Of a stretch of 64,000 nt of DNA, positions 8,150 through 17,428 are shown one piece after another. Source of the stretch: a virus; IMG/VR virus record IMGVR_UViG_3300032893_000027, positions 1-64,000 of that record. One strand, written 5' to 3'. Position 1 is the stretch's first letter, and each line of letters opens with the position of its first letter. Under the pieces are notes generated by a model, which was not told the DNA's origin, ran no database searches, and saw nothing but the letters and a program-made list of their open reading frames with translations. Position numbers and translations under genes: made by a program.

Positions 8150-8376
8150 CCGATGAACTCACCGAGCGCGTGGCGCGGGCGATCCACAGATGCCGGAACG
8201 ATGACAGCCTAAAATTTGAGGATTTGCACAAACTTAGCCAAGAAGCGTTCCGAAATGAAGCCCGCGCCGCCATTGAGGCATACGAGGCCGCCCCACAGCC
8301 CGCGCCTGCTGTTGAGCGTTGGCTGGCTGATCCAGATGTAAAGGAAGCTCTCCACCGTGATCCCCAAAAACCATAA
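8146..8376 (+). CDS. Array ORF (MTDELTERVARAI / ARAAIEA / EAAPQ)
   Basis: ATG at 8146 overlapping the previous stop. Confidence 0.7.
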   Translation: MTDELTERVARAIHRCRNDDSLKFEDLHKLSQEAFRNEARAAIEAYEAAPQPAPAVERWLADPDVKEALHRDPQKP

Positions 8377-9094
8377 TAATCCTCCAGAGATTCTGGAACT
8401 GGCAAGGGAGGTCACTCGCAATATCAGCGAGTGGTTTGCCGAGAACATTGGCGTTAGCAATGCGGATCAAGCCAAACAAGCCAAGCTTCAGATTGACAGA
8501 GCTAAGCTCTGCTTGAAAGATCTGGAAGATGAACGTGATGGTAAAGTAAGACCTCTCAATGAGAAGGTGCTGGCCATCAATGCTGACTATCGGGCGGTAA
8601 AGCGTCCGCTGGACACATTGTTGGGAGCCATGCTGTCTGATCTTAACAATTTCGTGAAGGCGGAGGAACAAAGACGTATTGATGCCGCAATTGAGGCGCA
8701 AAGGATTGCTGACGAGGCAGAACAAAAAGCCCGTGAGGCGGAACGAATCGAGAGGGAACTGCTTAGTAATGCCGCTCAGGGTGAGGTTGGGATTGATATT
8801 GCGGCAACAACTCTGGAGGCAGACCGTGCCTTTGCTGAGTTCGAAAAGGCTAAGCGGTCCGCAATCCGGGCTGAGGAAGGGCAAACGGTCATTATTCGGG
8901 GAGGGCTGGGGAAAGGGATCGGTCTCAGGGAAAAGGAGGTCTTGACCGTTGATGATCCCCTTGCGGCCATCACGGAAATGGGATTAACCGATAACGTTCA
9001 GCAGGCCATTATCACAGCGGCAAGAGCATACCGCAGGCTTAATAAGCGCCTTCCAAGTGGTATTTCAGCAACAATCGAAAGACGGGTTCAATGA
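8357..9094 (+). CDS. Coiled-coil phage protein (Gp157/Gam-like recombination-module protein)
   Basis: ERDGKVRPLNEKVLAINADYR coil; position upstream of the SSB-like gene. Confidence 0.55.
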   Translation: MIPKNHNNPPEILELAREVTRNISEWFAENIGVSNADQAKQAKLQIDRAKLCLKDLEDERDGKVRPLNEKVLAINADYRAVKRPLDTLLGAMLSDLNNFVKAEEQRRIDAAIEAQRIADEAEQKAREAERIERELLSNAAQGEVGIDIAATTLEADRAFAEFEKAKRSAIRAEEGQTVIIRGGLGKGIGLREKEVLTVDDPLAAITEMGLTDNVQQAIITAARAYRRLNKRLPSGISATIERRVQ

Positions 9095-9612
9095 GCGAAT
9101 CAATTACAGTTGAAAGGGTTTATCAGCCCCGCGAAGGCAAGAAGTATGGGTCGGTCAAGGATACCACCGGCAAGTTCTGGGATGTGTGGTATCAGAGCCT
9201 TCCGGACTTTACGGCTGGCGGTACCTATATCATCAATGAGGCTGCCTCTCGGGAGTATGATGGTAAGACCTATTGGACCATTAAGAAGTATCAAAAGGTT
9301 GTGAGTTCCAGCGCCCCCAAGACTAATGGGGCAGCGGCTCCATCACATACATTTGATGACAATACCCGGCGAATGGACATATTCATCTGCGGGGCAATGA
9401 ATAGTATCTTATCGAATCCGAACACGTCCACAGGTCCACTGGACTTGCGGCTTATGGACATTGTGGAGTTGCTTCAAACCTTTAAGCAGGCGTGGCTGGC
9501 TGTCTTTGGCCCCGCGCCGATCCCGGTCAAGAAGCCCGATCTGATCTCAACGACGACTGCTCCACCTCCTCAACACAATGAGGACATGAATGATGACCGG
9601 ATACCCTTCTAG
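9091..9612 (+). CDS. Putative single-stranded DNA-binding protein
   Basis: OB-like N-terminus and acidic tail ending DDRIPF. Confidence 0.55.
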   Translation: MSESITVERVYQPREGKKYGSVKDTTGKFWDVWYQSLPDFTAGGTYIINEAASREYDGKTYWTIKKYQKVVSSSAPKTNGAAAPSHTFDDNTRRMDIFICGAMNSILSNPNTSTGPLDLRLMDIVELLQTFKQAWLAVFGPAPIPVKKPDLISTTTAPPPQHNEDMNDDRIPF

Positions 9613-9919
9613 GCCGTGGTCTGATGTTTTTGAAGAAGTTGGAAGCGATTGGGCGGATAAAGAGGCCGCCGCCCAATTGCTAGAAAATTGCCGCTCCGCT
9701 GTCATGGCGGAATGGTGTGCCGATCAGGGCGACATTCCGGTCAATAAAGCGGAACAGAAGGTCAAGGCATCGCCGGAGTGGAGAGATTATAATGAGAGAA
9801 TGGTCGAGGCGAGGCGCTTGGCTAATCGTGCCAAAATCAAAATGGAGAGCGTCAAGATGCGGTCCATGGAACAGCACGCTAAGGAGGCTAACTATCGTGC
9901 TGAAAGCCGTCTAGCATGA
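9590..9919 (+). CDS. Helical phage protein (UvsY-like, tentative)
   Basis: KAEQKVKASPEWRDYNERMVEAR pattern. Confidence 0.45.
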   Translation: MMTGYPSRPWSDVFEEVGSDWADKEAAAQLLENCRSAVMAEWCADQGDIPVNKAEQKVKASPEWRDYNERMVEARRLANRAKIKMESVKMRSMEQHAKEANYRAESRLA

Positions 9920-10212
9920 GTGAGACCCGCTGTCCCTATTGTAAGGGTGAAATTGCCCCCGGCTCTGAACTTATGTTCAAGCTGACGACGCGGCAGTTTA
10001 GGGTTTACAACGCTGTCATTAACAGCGGCCCAGAGGGGATTTCAGTCGAGGAACTTATCAAAGAGTGTTTACCGGGGAAGTCCAAGACCACTATCAGGAC
10101 TTGCGTCAAGGCGGTGAACGACCGAATCGGGCCGCTGGTTATTAGGTCAAGAGGAGGTCGATATCATTTGGGACGAGCACATTCGGAGGGCGAGAATGAG
10201 GGTGACGGGTGA
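9916..10212 (+). CDS. Winged-helix DNA-binding protein
   Basis: CPYC N-terminus and OmpR-like wHTH (TIRTCVKAVN..IRSRGGRY). Confidence 0.55.
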   Translation: MSETRCPYCKGEIAPGSELMFKLTTRQFRVYNAVINSGPEGISVEELIKECLPGKSKTTIRTCVKAVNDRIGPLVIRSRGGRYHLGRAHSEGENEGDG

Positions 10213-10303
10213 TATAGCCGAAATGCTGGCGTGGATCTATGCTATCATAGCTTTGGGTTTTTTAGCCTATGTGGTCACTGGAATATATAACTGGAACTGG
10301 TAG
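10196..10303 (+). CDS. 35-aa single-TM peptide (not in the ORF track)
   Basis: MRVTGDIAEMLAWIYAIIALGFLAYVVTGIYNWNW; GGAGGG RBS. Confidence 0.5.
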   Translation: MRVTGDIAEMLAWIYAIIALGFLAYVVTGIYNWNW

Positions 10304-10311
10304 ACAGATGA

Positions 10312-10701
10312 ATGGCCTTTCAGTACTATTGGGACAACGGCTTGTCATCTAGCCATCACATTGATACTGAAGGTCTTTTAGACATGGGGAACCCTGCTAA
10401 CCTGCAAAAGCTAGTTCAGCGAGTTCAACGCGGTAATGGTCTGCTCGATAAGGCAACCGGCCATAGTGACAAGGCGGATGCCGTCATGAACAACTTCGAG
10501 CAAACCTTGGGTAGATTCGAGGCCCATTTCGGGACTATTGAGGAGCATGACAAGCAATTGTCGGCGATCCTCACTGAAATGGGGGGTAATGGAGGTCCCG
10601 CGCTGTCGGACATGTTTCAATCTAGTTCGGCGGTCGCATCAACTGCTACACCCGTGACAGGGCCGATAGAGCCTTCCACTGGCGATCCTAAGAAGCTTTA
10701 A
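10312..10701 (+). CDS. Hypothetical protein
   Basis: ORF in the rightward operon. Confidence 0.6.
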   Translation: MAFQYYWDNGLSSSHHIDTEGLLDMGNPANLQKLVQRVQRGNGLLDKATGHSDKADAVMNNFEQTLGRFEAHFGTIEEHDKQLSAILTEMGGNGGPALSDMFQSSSAVASTATPVTGPIEPSTGDPKKL

Positions 10702-10718
10702 CCAACTCGGAGATCCTT

Positions 10719-11144
10719 ATGTTCGTAGAATCTGGTTCCAAGCCGGAACGTGATATTCTATCACTCGACAGTCTGATTAGCTGGCTAGAGACGAAGCCGA
10801 GGGGTGGGACTTACAATTATCAATTGCCTTGTGGCTGCCTCCTTGCCCAGTATTTCCAAGAAATGACTGGTTGTAAGCATATGGGCGTGACGTGCGTTTC
10901 ATATGGCCCTATGAAGATTAACAGATGGATTGACGACGTGCCGGGCTCAATCAGGGGCGATCTTCCAGATGGTTGGGATCGGGTTGCAAGATCATACAAC
11001 GCAAACGACAAAGGTAATTGGACCTATGGCATGGCCCTACAGCGTGCCATGGCCCTTAGGGCTGAGATTGAGAAGCGAACTTCCGCGCCAAAGCCACTAT
11101 CAGCGGGTCGCCTCTTAGAGCGGCTTTTTTCCCTAGTAGCCTGA
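10719..11144 (+). CDS. Hypothetical protein
   Basis: GGAG RBS; WLETKP..YNY...GCLLAQY. Confidence 0.6.
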   Translation: MFVESGSKPERDILSLDSLISWLETKPRGGTYNYQLPCGCLLAQYFQEMTGCKHMGVTCVSYGPMKINRWIDDVPGSIRGDLPDGWDRVARSYNANDKGNWTYGMALQRAMALRAEIEKRTSAPKPLSAGRLLERLFSLVA

Positions 11145-14100
11145 CATAATGGTTAAACTCGTCCCTGTTCATCTCTTTGAACAGGGACTTCTTATCGTTG
11201 TCATCGAGTCTCTGGAACATGGAATCCATGCCCTTGCCGGGTTCCATCTTCTTGATCTGGTCGGTCTTGACGCCTAGTTCCCGAAGCTTGATGGCAGCCT
11301 TCTTCATACCCTCGTCATCGTGACGCTGCTTGGCGGCCATGTAGTCGGTTCGGGCATCAAACTTCTCTTGCCACTTAGCACCTGTCTCGAATGGCTTCTC
11401 AGAGGCAGCGACATGGTGGGCAAAGAGGTATTGAATCCGGTTCTCCATTGGAGACTTGGAGACATAACCCGGTGCTGGTCCAAAGCCCAACAGAGGCATG
11501 TAGACGTCTTGGTCGGTGATCTGCTTGGGAATATCGGTGGGACCATAGGGCTTGCCGCTCAGTTGCAAAGCACGCCGTGCCCCAACCACGGATATAGGAT
11601 AAGCCTGATCTCCGATCAGGTGTTTCCCTAACTGATAGGCTTGCTTATAGCCCGGAGCGGTTTCGTCAAACAGCTTGTTCCCGAAATAGTCCCGGTTATG
11701 GATCATTTCGGAAATGGGCTGAAACATCAGCTTGTTCCAGAACATCTCGCTGAGGCCAAACAGGGCGTTCTGTTGCTCCTGAATGTGCTTCATCGCCATG
11801 GGAACTTCGCGGGTATAGAAGGCGTTCGTTACCCGGCGAGGAGATCCGTCAGGGTTCAGACCGCCGATCCGAGGGAAGACATAATCCATGCCTTCCGCGT
11901 TCTCTCCGGTGAATGCCTTGTTGATTGCGGCATTAATGGCGAAGGCGCTCAAGGCATAGACGAACATATTCGTGGTCTTGTTCGTGACTTCACGAACAAG
12001 CTTCTGAGTTGGATTAGGATTGTCCATCAAGCGCCGAGCAATCGGTGCAAAGGTTCCACCCCCGAACTCCCGCATAAAACCGAGGTTCCATCCCAATGAT
12101 AAAAAAGATCCTATGGCGGCGTCCTTTAAGGTCCGGTTCCAGAAAAGCCCTCCGTAGAACATTTCTCCGAAACGATTATCTATTTGTTTACCTAAAGCCC
12201 GCAGGGCGACCCGCCTATTGGTGTCATCTTGTATCAAGTCCGGGCGCCGTCTTAGGAGGGCCGCCGCTTCCCTCTCGGCGGCGGCCATTTTCAGATTAGG
12301 AATCCAATGGTCAAACAGAGCATGCTGAAGTATTCCAACGCTACGAAAAATAGCACCGGCTGCTCCCGGTATAGCCTTGATATAGTTGTTATTAGCGATG
12401 GCATTGGTGAAGTCCCCCTTACCCCTGTGACGGAGTTCCTCTGATAGCTGGGCGCTGAGCCCCATTTCGTTGATGAGCTTAAGCCGGGCCTCGCCCTGCT
12501 TGGTCCGAGCTTCCCGAGGGGTTAGCCACTGATTGCGGATATCCTTGCCTCGATAGCCAGTGCCCACTGGAAGGGCCAGAAACGGGTCCATAACGCTTTG
12601 AAACACAGCCTCAGGTACAGCCGCGAAGCGACGAGCCAAGCCTTGCTGGCCCTTCCCAAAGGTTTCCCCGAGGGCACGGCTGAGGTTATTGACCTGAGCA
12701 ATGTGCATGACGTGGACAGGGTGGAACAAGGATAGGCCGAGCTTGAGAGGAACCCAGAGGTTCTTCAGCTTCATCCACCCCCTAAAGCCATCTCCAATCG
12801 CGTCAGTCCGGGACCAAAGACCTTTGGCCTCGACGCCGTTTTTCCAGATATCGGCAGCGTCCGGGGCAATCAGCCATTTCTCGCTATTAGGGGCCTTGAC
12901 CTCTTGCCAAGCATGGGTACCACCGACAAGGCTTGGCCGAGTCAGATAGGGCGCGGCCTTCTCGACAGGGGTGGCAACGCCAAGCTCCTGCATGTCTTGC
13001 AATAACTTGACCTTATTGGCCATATCATCGCCCGACATGAGACGATGGTTCACGAAGTCCATCAGGTTGTTAAACCGAGGCTCCAGTCCATTCGCCAATC
13101 CTAGTTGAATGGCGTCGTAAGTACGAGACTTCTGGAACCATTCCGGTCCCATCGTTTTAATCATATTATCGGTCGAGAAGATATTCTTGGCCCGATCCTC
13201 ATCCTTCCAAGCATGCGGAAAGTAATCAGAGAAATACGACGCCTTTGAGCCGAACTTCTTTTCGTATTCGTAGTTATTGTCTAGCCACTTGCGAATGTCA
13301 CTTCGCATCTGGTCAATCCAAGGACCATGCTTGGCCACCAAGTCTTGGGGTGTGTGCTGGCCGGTTTCGGCCGCATCAATGATCCGCAATTGGTCTGTAT
13401 CGAATGGAAGCTTGTTGAGCTTCTTCCACCATTGATAGCCTTGACGCTGAATGGCGTCACGATCTCTGGCCCGCTCAGAGACATACTTGGCTACCGCAAT
13501 ATCGGTTCGTGCCGCGCCTTCGGAGCGCTGCTCAGGAGCAATGTTCTGAAGGAACCATTCCTTAATTCGGCCGCCTTTTGGTGGCATAGGCGGAGGTGCC
13601 ATCGCCAAGAAGCTTTCCTCACGGAACTTCTCACGCTGGGTCCTCGCCTGTTCCTCCAAGGTTGCCTTCTTGGTTGGATCTGGTTCAGCCTCAGCCTGCT
13701 GTTCCAGCAGTTCAGCTTGTTGCTGATGCTGCTGAGCCCGTTGCGGAGCCAGATGAGTATCGACCTCATGTGCTGCCATCTCAGCCAGATCGTCCGCTCT
13801 GGACCGCTTCCGCATCACTTCTGCTGGACTCAGGTTCGGGTCCAATGCGTCCTGCCGAAGCTGATGGGCTTCAGCAAGTTTTGAATTCACGCTGGATTGA
13901 ACTTCGGCCGAGGTCGGCTTAGGTGTGGCTTGGGCCTCAGGTTCACCCCGGAGAACCATATGACCCACAGCAGGTACAGCCGTACCAACAGCCCCCTGTG
14001 CATAAGCCTGACCAAGACCTTCCGTAACCGGCTTTTCGTCAATTACATTCTTGGTCGCTTGCTCGGCCATACCAATGCCGGGCTGAACGCCGAAGGCTTG

Positions 14101-14718
14101 AAAAGCCAGATTCTTCAATGGTCCCTTAAAAAAGCGAAGAGGATAAGCACCCCATGACGCCCCGGAAAACGCGCCGGAAGCTGCCGTCTCCTCCACCGCT
14201 TTATCCCATGCCTTATTTGGGTCGGAAGGATTGGCTTTTAACTGCCGGGCGAAGGCTGGTCCGATTGTTTGAAACGCTGCCCCGGCCGCTGCTCCGCCTA
14301 TTCCGCCAATGGCCGTCCCAAGACCCGGCTCAACCAAAGAACCACCCCACCCACCCGCGATTCCCCCAGCAATAGTAGGACTCGATGCACCAGTCTGATA
14401 CGCCAGCTTCGGCAATCCCCGACCAAAGGGCTCCAGCACATCCCGCCACTCGAAAGGAGTTGCTTCTGGCTGTTCTTCGGTTTTTGCTTCTGTTGGGCGT
14501 TGTCCTTTCAGTACTTCTGCTGACTGACCGCTCTCAACAGCCGACTGTTTTAATCCATGCCATAGAGCGTCAAGCGGTCCCGGCATTGGCGCCGTCGTGT
14601 CAGGAGCCTCAGTCTTTACCGCAGCATTGGGACTGCCTGTAGGTTCATTCCAAACGATGTTGCTCTGAGGGGCTTGGGCCGGTTTCGGGTCGTCCCAAAC
14701 GATATCGTTGACACCCAT
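11056..14718 (-). CDS. Large internal virion/ejection protein
   Basis: 1220 aa, last gene of the morphogenesis operon; Gly-rich hydrophobic segment near the N-terminus. Confidence 0.7.
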   Translation of the reverse strand: MGVNDIVWDDPKPAQAPQSNIVWNEPTGSPNAAVKTEAPDTTAPMPGPLDALWHGLKQSAVESGQSAEVLKGQRPTEAKTEEQPEATPFEWRDVLEPFGRGLPKLAYQTGASSPTIAGGIAGGWGGSLVEPGLGTAIGGIGGAAAGAAFQTIGPAFARQLKANPSDPNKAWDKAVEETAASGAFSGASWGAYPLRFFKGPLKNLAFQAFGVQPGIGMAEQATKNVIDEKPVTEGLGQAYAQGAVGTAVPAVGHMVLRGEPEAQATPKPTSAEVQSSVNSKLAEAHQLRQDALDPNLSPAEVMRKRSRADDLAEMAAHEVDTHLAPQRAQQHQQQAELLEQQAEAEPDPTKKATLEEQARTQREKFREESFLAMAPPPMPPKGGRIKEWFLQNIAPEQRSEGAARTDIAVAKYVSERARDRDAIQRQGYQWWKKLNKLPFDTDQLRIIDAAETGQHTPQDLVAKHGPWIDQMRSDIRKWLDNNYEYEKKFGSKASYFSDYFPHAWKDEDRAKNIFSTDNMIKTMGPEWFQKSRTYDAIQLGLANGLEPRFNNLMDFVNHRLMSGDDMANKVKLLQDMQELGVATPVEKAAPYLTRPSLVGGTHAWQEVKAPNSEKWLIAPDAADIWKNGVEAKGLWSRTDAIGDGFRGWMKLKNLWVPLKLGLSLFHPVHVMHIAQVNNLSRALGETFGKGQQGLARRFAAVPEAVFQSVMDPFLALPVGTGYRGKDIRNQWLTPREARTKQGEARLKLINEMGLSAQLSEELRHRGKGDFTNAIANNNYIKAIPGAAGAIFRSVGILQHALFDHWIPNLKMAAAEREAAALLRRRPDLIQDDTNRRVALRALGKQIDNRFGEMFYGGLFWNRTLKDAAIGSFLSLGWNLGFMREFGGGTFAPIARRLMDNPNPTQKLVREVTNKTTNMFVYALSAFAINAAINKAFTGENAEGMDYVFPRIGGLNPDGSPRRVTNAFYTREVPMAMKHIQEQQNALFGLSEMFWNKLMFQPISEMIHNRDYFGNKLFDETAPGYKQAYQLGKHLIGDQAYPISVVGARRALQLSGKPYGPTDIPKQITDQDVYMPLLGFGPAPGYVSKSPMENRIQYLFAHHVAASEKPFETGAKWQEKFDARTDYMAAKQRHDDEGMKKAAIKLRELGVKTDQIKKMEPGKGMDSMFQRLDDNDKKSLFKEMNRDEFNHYVRLLGKKAALRGDPLIVALARKFASQSQP

Positions 14719-16925
14719 TATTGATACTCAATGGAACCATCAGAGTACTGAACGACATTTTTGCCGGTCGATTTATCAACCCCAGTTCTAACGACTGTCT
14801 TGGCCGGAGCTTCCGTTGGGGCGGCCGGAACACCGCCCGTCAATCCATAGTCTTGCCGTGCCCGCCTATGAGCCTCTGCCCAGATTTCATCGTTGCTGCG
14901 TGGCTGAGTCTTGCCAGTAATGTCAGCACTGACTCTTGCAGCTTCCTGTCTCGCCAACTGATTAAAGTAGTTGCGTGTCTGGACGGCCAAGGCACGTCTC
15001 GTCTTTAGGTCCATAGTGGCGTCGGAGGCACCCTCTTGATCGAGTTCCTTGTTCTTAAGTGCGAGGGACGCCCTCTGGTAAGGCGTCATCTTATTAAGTT
15101 CATCCAGATGCTCTTTTGCCTTCTGCTGGAGGGCTTTAGCTTTCTGGTTAAGTTCCTCGTCGCTGCGGCCTTCCTTACGCTGCTCCTGAAGGGTCTTGGT
15201 GCCAGTTAACAGGCCCTTGCCGATAGCTGAGCCCAATGGCCCCGGAGTTGAGGCAATCGTCGCGCCGATATTCATCAACGCCAATCCCCAATCTTTTCCA
15301 CCGAAGCCTTGGTTTCCGGTTGCATTCGGATAAGGCATCTGGTCTGATCCGTCTGTGGATATGTCAGACGCCCCTCCGGGGCCGACACCGGCACTGCTCC
15401 TTCGATGGGGTGGTGTCGGTCTCGGCCTTGGTAGCGGTACAGGGAAGGCAGCCCCCGATTCACCGGTCTCCATAGGTCCATAGCCAGTACCGGGAACGTG
15501 CCCTTCGGCACCCGCAGCACCCGCTGCATTGGCTGGCCCAATGAATGGGATGGAAGCTCCGGGGTCTGGCTTAGCTCCCGGTGCTGGAGGCGCATAGGAA
15601 TTAAACCTATTCCAGCCCCCTCTAATGGCATCTATAGGTCCTTGTAGGAATGATGCGACTGGTCCGGAACCAGATTCATCAGGCCCATAGGGCACATCCT
15701 CACCATCCGCAAACTTAGGATAGGCTGAGCCGCCCTGTTTGAGGAGTAAAGGCGCCACACTCGTTGCCAGCTTGGCTATGTCTCCAAAGTTGATTCCGCT
15801 ACTTTGTTGCTGCTGCTGTTGCTGGCCAGAGTTCGGGTTCGAGAACTGCATACCCCCAGTAAGGGGACCGGAGTGCCCTGCTCCCTCATGGAGAGGAATG
15901 TAAGGAACGATAGAATTGCCACCGCCCTCAACGCCGGGCCAAGACGGTTGGTTTGATCCTTCACCCTCAACCTCACCACCGTCTGCATACCCAATGCCAT
16001 AGTCAGCAGCGGTCAATCCGGGGAGGGGGTTGGCTGAGCTTCCACCATAAGCATCCGTGAAGGCATTGCCGCCACCATAAACCGGACTCCCGCCGCTGCC
16101 ACCGAGGGTGCCATAAAGGCCAGCGCCAGCCGTTCCTAGACCGACGATCTGGTTAAGCAGCGAAGGCGTCGGAGGCTGAGAGATCGTCTGACTAAACCCA
16201 TTGGTCGTACCCCCAAGGGCTGGTGCCAGTCCACCGGTTACACCCGCTAGATATTGTGCCGTCTGGAATGGATAGGCCAGTTGTGCCAGAATGTTTTGGT
16301 ACGGCGCATTCAACTGGGCCTGTTGCTGCTGTTGCTGCTGTAGGCCAGCCGCATTGGCGCCGCCGAGTGTCTGGCCACCGAGCCCTGCTAGTCCCGATGC
16401 CGCTCCGCTTTCGAGGGCTTTTTGCTGCTGGGCTGCTGACAAAGCGGATTGGTAAAGGTTGGCATATGTTTGCCCAGCAGCGAGCCCTTGCTGCTTAGCC
16501 ATGTCGGCTTGCCCCACAGCGATACGATCAGCCCCAATGCCGCCAGCAGACTGAACGAGATTAGCAGTATTTTGCGCATTCTGTGCCCCAAATATGTCTT
16601 GAAGGTTGGCTGTGACATTCGCAGCCATTGGATTGTAGTAATTAGCAACATCAGACGCCGAGATCGGCGCCGCACTCTGACCATACAACTGGCCAGCCTG
16701 TTGGTAATAGGGCTGGTTAACGAGACTCCCGTACTGCTGGAACACCTGCTGCTGAAGTGGACTAAATCCAGCAACCGGGGCAACCGGCATACTAAAAGGG
16801 GTCGCGGCGGCCTGTTGGGCGGCGGCCTCGGCCTGATTAGCCCCGGCCGCAATGGTAGGATTGGCAGAATAAGACTGCGTTTGCGCCTGATTCTGGACTG
16901 TTTGACTGCCCTTGCTACCGCCCAT
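14718..16925 (-). CDS. DNA pilot/ejection protein
   Basis: Q/A/G-rich, MGGSKGSQT start, YPFQTAQYLAG, Gly-rich amphipathic segments. Confidence 0.7.
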   Translation of the reverse strand: MGGSKGSQTVQNQAQTQSYSANPTIAAGANQAEAAAQQAAATPFSMPVAPVAGFSPLQQQVFQQYGSLVNQPYYQQAGQLYGQSAAPISASDVANYYNPMAANVTANLQDIFGAQNAQNTANLVQSAGGIGADRIAVGQADMAKQQGLAAGQTYANLYQSALSAAQQQKALESGAASGLAGLGGQTLGGANAAGLQQQQQQQAQLNAPYQNILAQLAYPFQTAQYLAGVTGGLAPALGGTTNGFSQTISQPPTPSLLNQIVGLGTAGAGLYGTLGGSGGSPVYGGGNAFTDAYGGSSANPLPGLTAADYGIGYADGGEVEGEGSNQPSWPGVEGGGNSIVPYIPLHEGAGHSGPLTGGMQFSNPNSGQQQQQQQSSGINFGDIAKLATSVAPLLLKQGGSAYPKFADGEDVPYGPDESGSGPVASFLQGPIDAIRGGWNRFNSYAPPAPGAKPDPGASIPFIGPANAAGAAGAEGHVPGTGYGPMETGESGAAFPVPLPRPRPTPPHRRSSAGVGPGGASDISTDGSDQMPYPNATGNQGFGGKDWGLALMNIGATIASTPGPLGSAIGKGLLTGTKTLQEQRKEGRSDEELNQKAKALQQKAKEHLDELNKMTPYQRASLALKNKELDQEGASDATMDLKTRRALAVQTRNYFNQLARQEAARVSADITGKTQPRSNDEIWAEAHRRARQDYGLTGGVPAAPTEAPAKTVVRTGVDKSTGKNVVQYSDGSIEYQ

Positions 16926-16940
16926 TGTTCACGCTTTGCC

Positions 16941-17423
16941 TTAAGAGGAAGTTTCTACTGTACTACTATTAGGCTTATAGAAAAAGAATTCTCCCAGCTT
17001 GGGAAACTCTCTCTGGTACAGCCTACACTTGGCCTCGTTGCGGGCACTTTCAGAGAAGATACCCGTCATTAGAGGGAGTCCAGTCTCGTTAACCTGTTGC
17101 TTCATCCAGCGCATCAAAGCCTTGGCATGCTGTGACTTGCGGTGGTCTGGATGGACAAAAACCATGTATTCTTCGAGGTGAGGTCTCTCGGAGTACCAGA
17201 AAGTCCCGATAGACAGGAAGGCTAGGGCTTCTAGCTCTCCTTCCTCTGGGCCTATGACGCCGATAGCGCCCTCTTGGCCTGCCAAGGCACGCCGGACAAA
17301 GCCAGCGGCCTTCCGCATTGACAAGGGGAATACGGCATTCTCGCCATAGGACATTCGCATCAAGTACCAGACCTGCTCAAATTCAGAGGGACCAGCAAAT
17401 CTTACTTCAGAGGGTGAACTCAT
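16941..17423 (-). CDS. GNAT-family acetyltransferase
   Basis: EEYMVFVHPDHRKSQHAKALM acetyl-CoA-binding motif. Confidence 0.75.
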   Translation of the reverse strand: MSSPSEVRFAGPSEFEQVWYLMRMSYGENAVFPLSMRKAAGFVRRALAGQEGAIGVIGPEEGELEALAFLSIGTFWYSERPHLEEYMVFVHPDHRKSQHAKALMRWMKQQVNETGLPLMTGIFSESARNEAKCRLYQREFPKLGEFFFYKPNSSTVETSS

Positions 17424-17428
17424 TTGAT

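Larger units (their letters stand above)
6458..8376 (+). repeat. Mosaic array of short ORFs built from repeated DNA modules
   Basis: MTD[ED]LTE(RVARAI) x5, ARAAIEA x4, GWQ[PS]IETAP x3, PEPPK* x4, EAAPQ x2, near-identical at DNA level. Confidence 0.9.

Noticed and set aside
6458-8376. CRISPR array or integron interpretation of the repeats
   Set aside because: The repeats are of several types, in-frame coding and irregularly spaced; there are no cas genes, integrase or attC-like palindromes.
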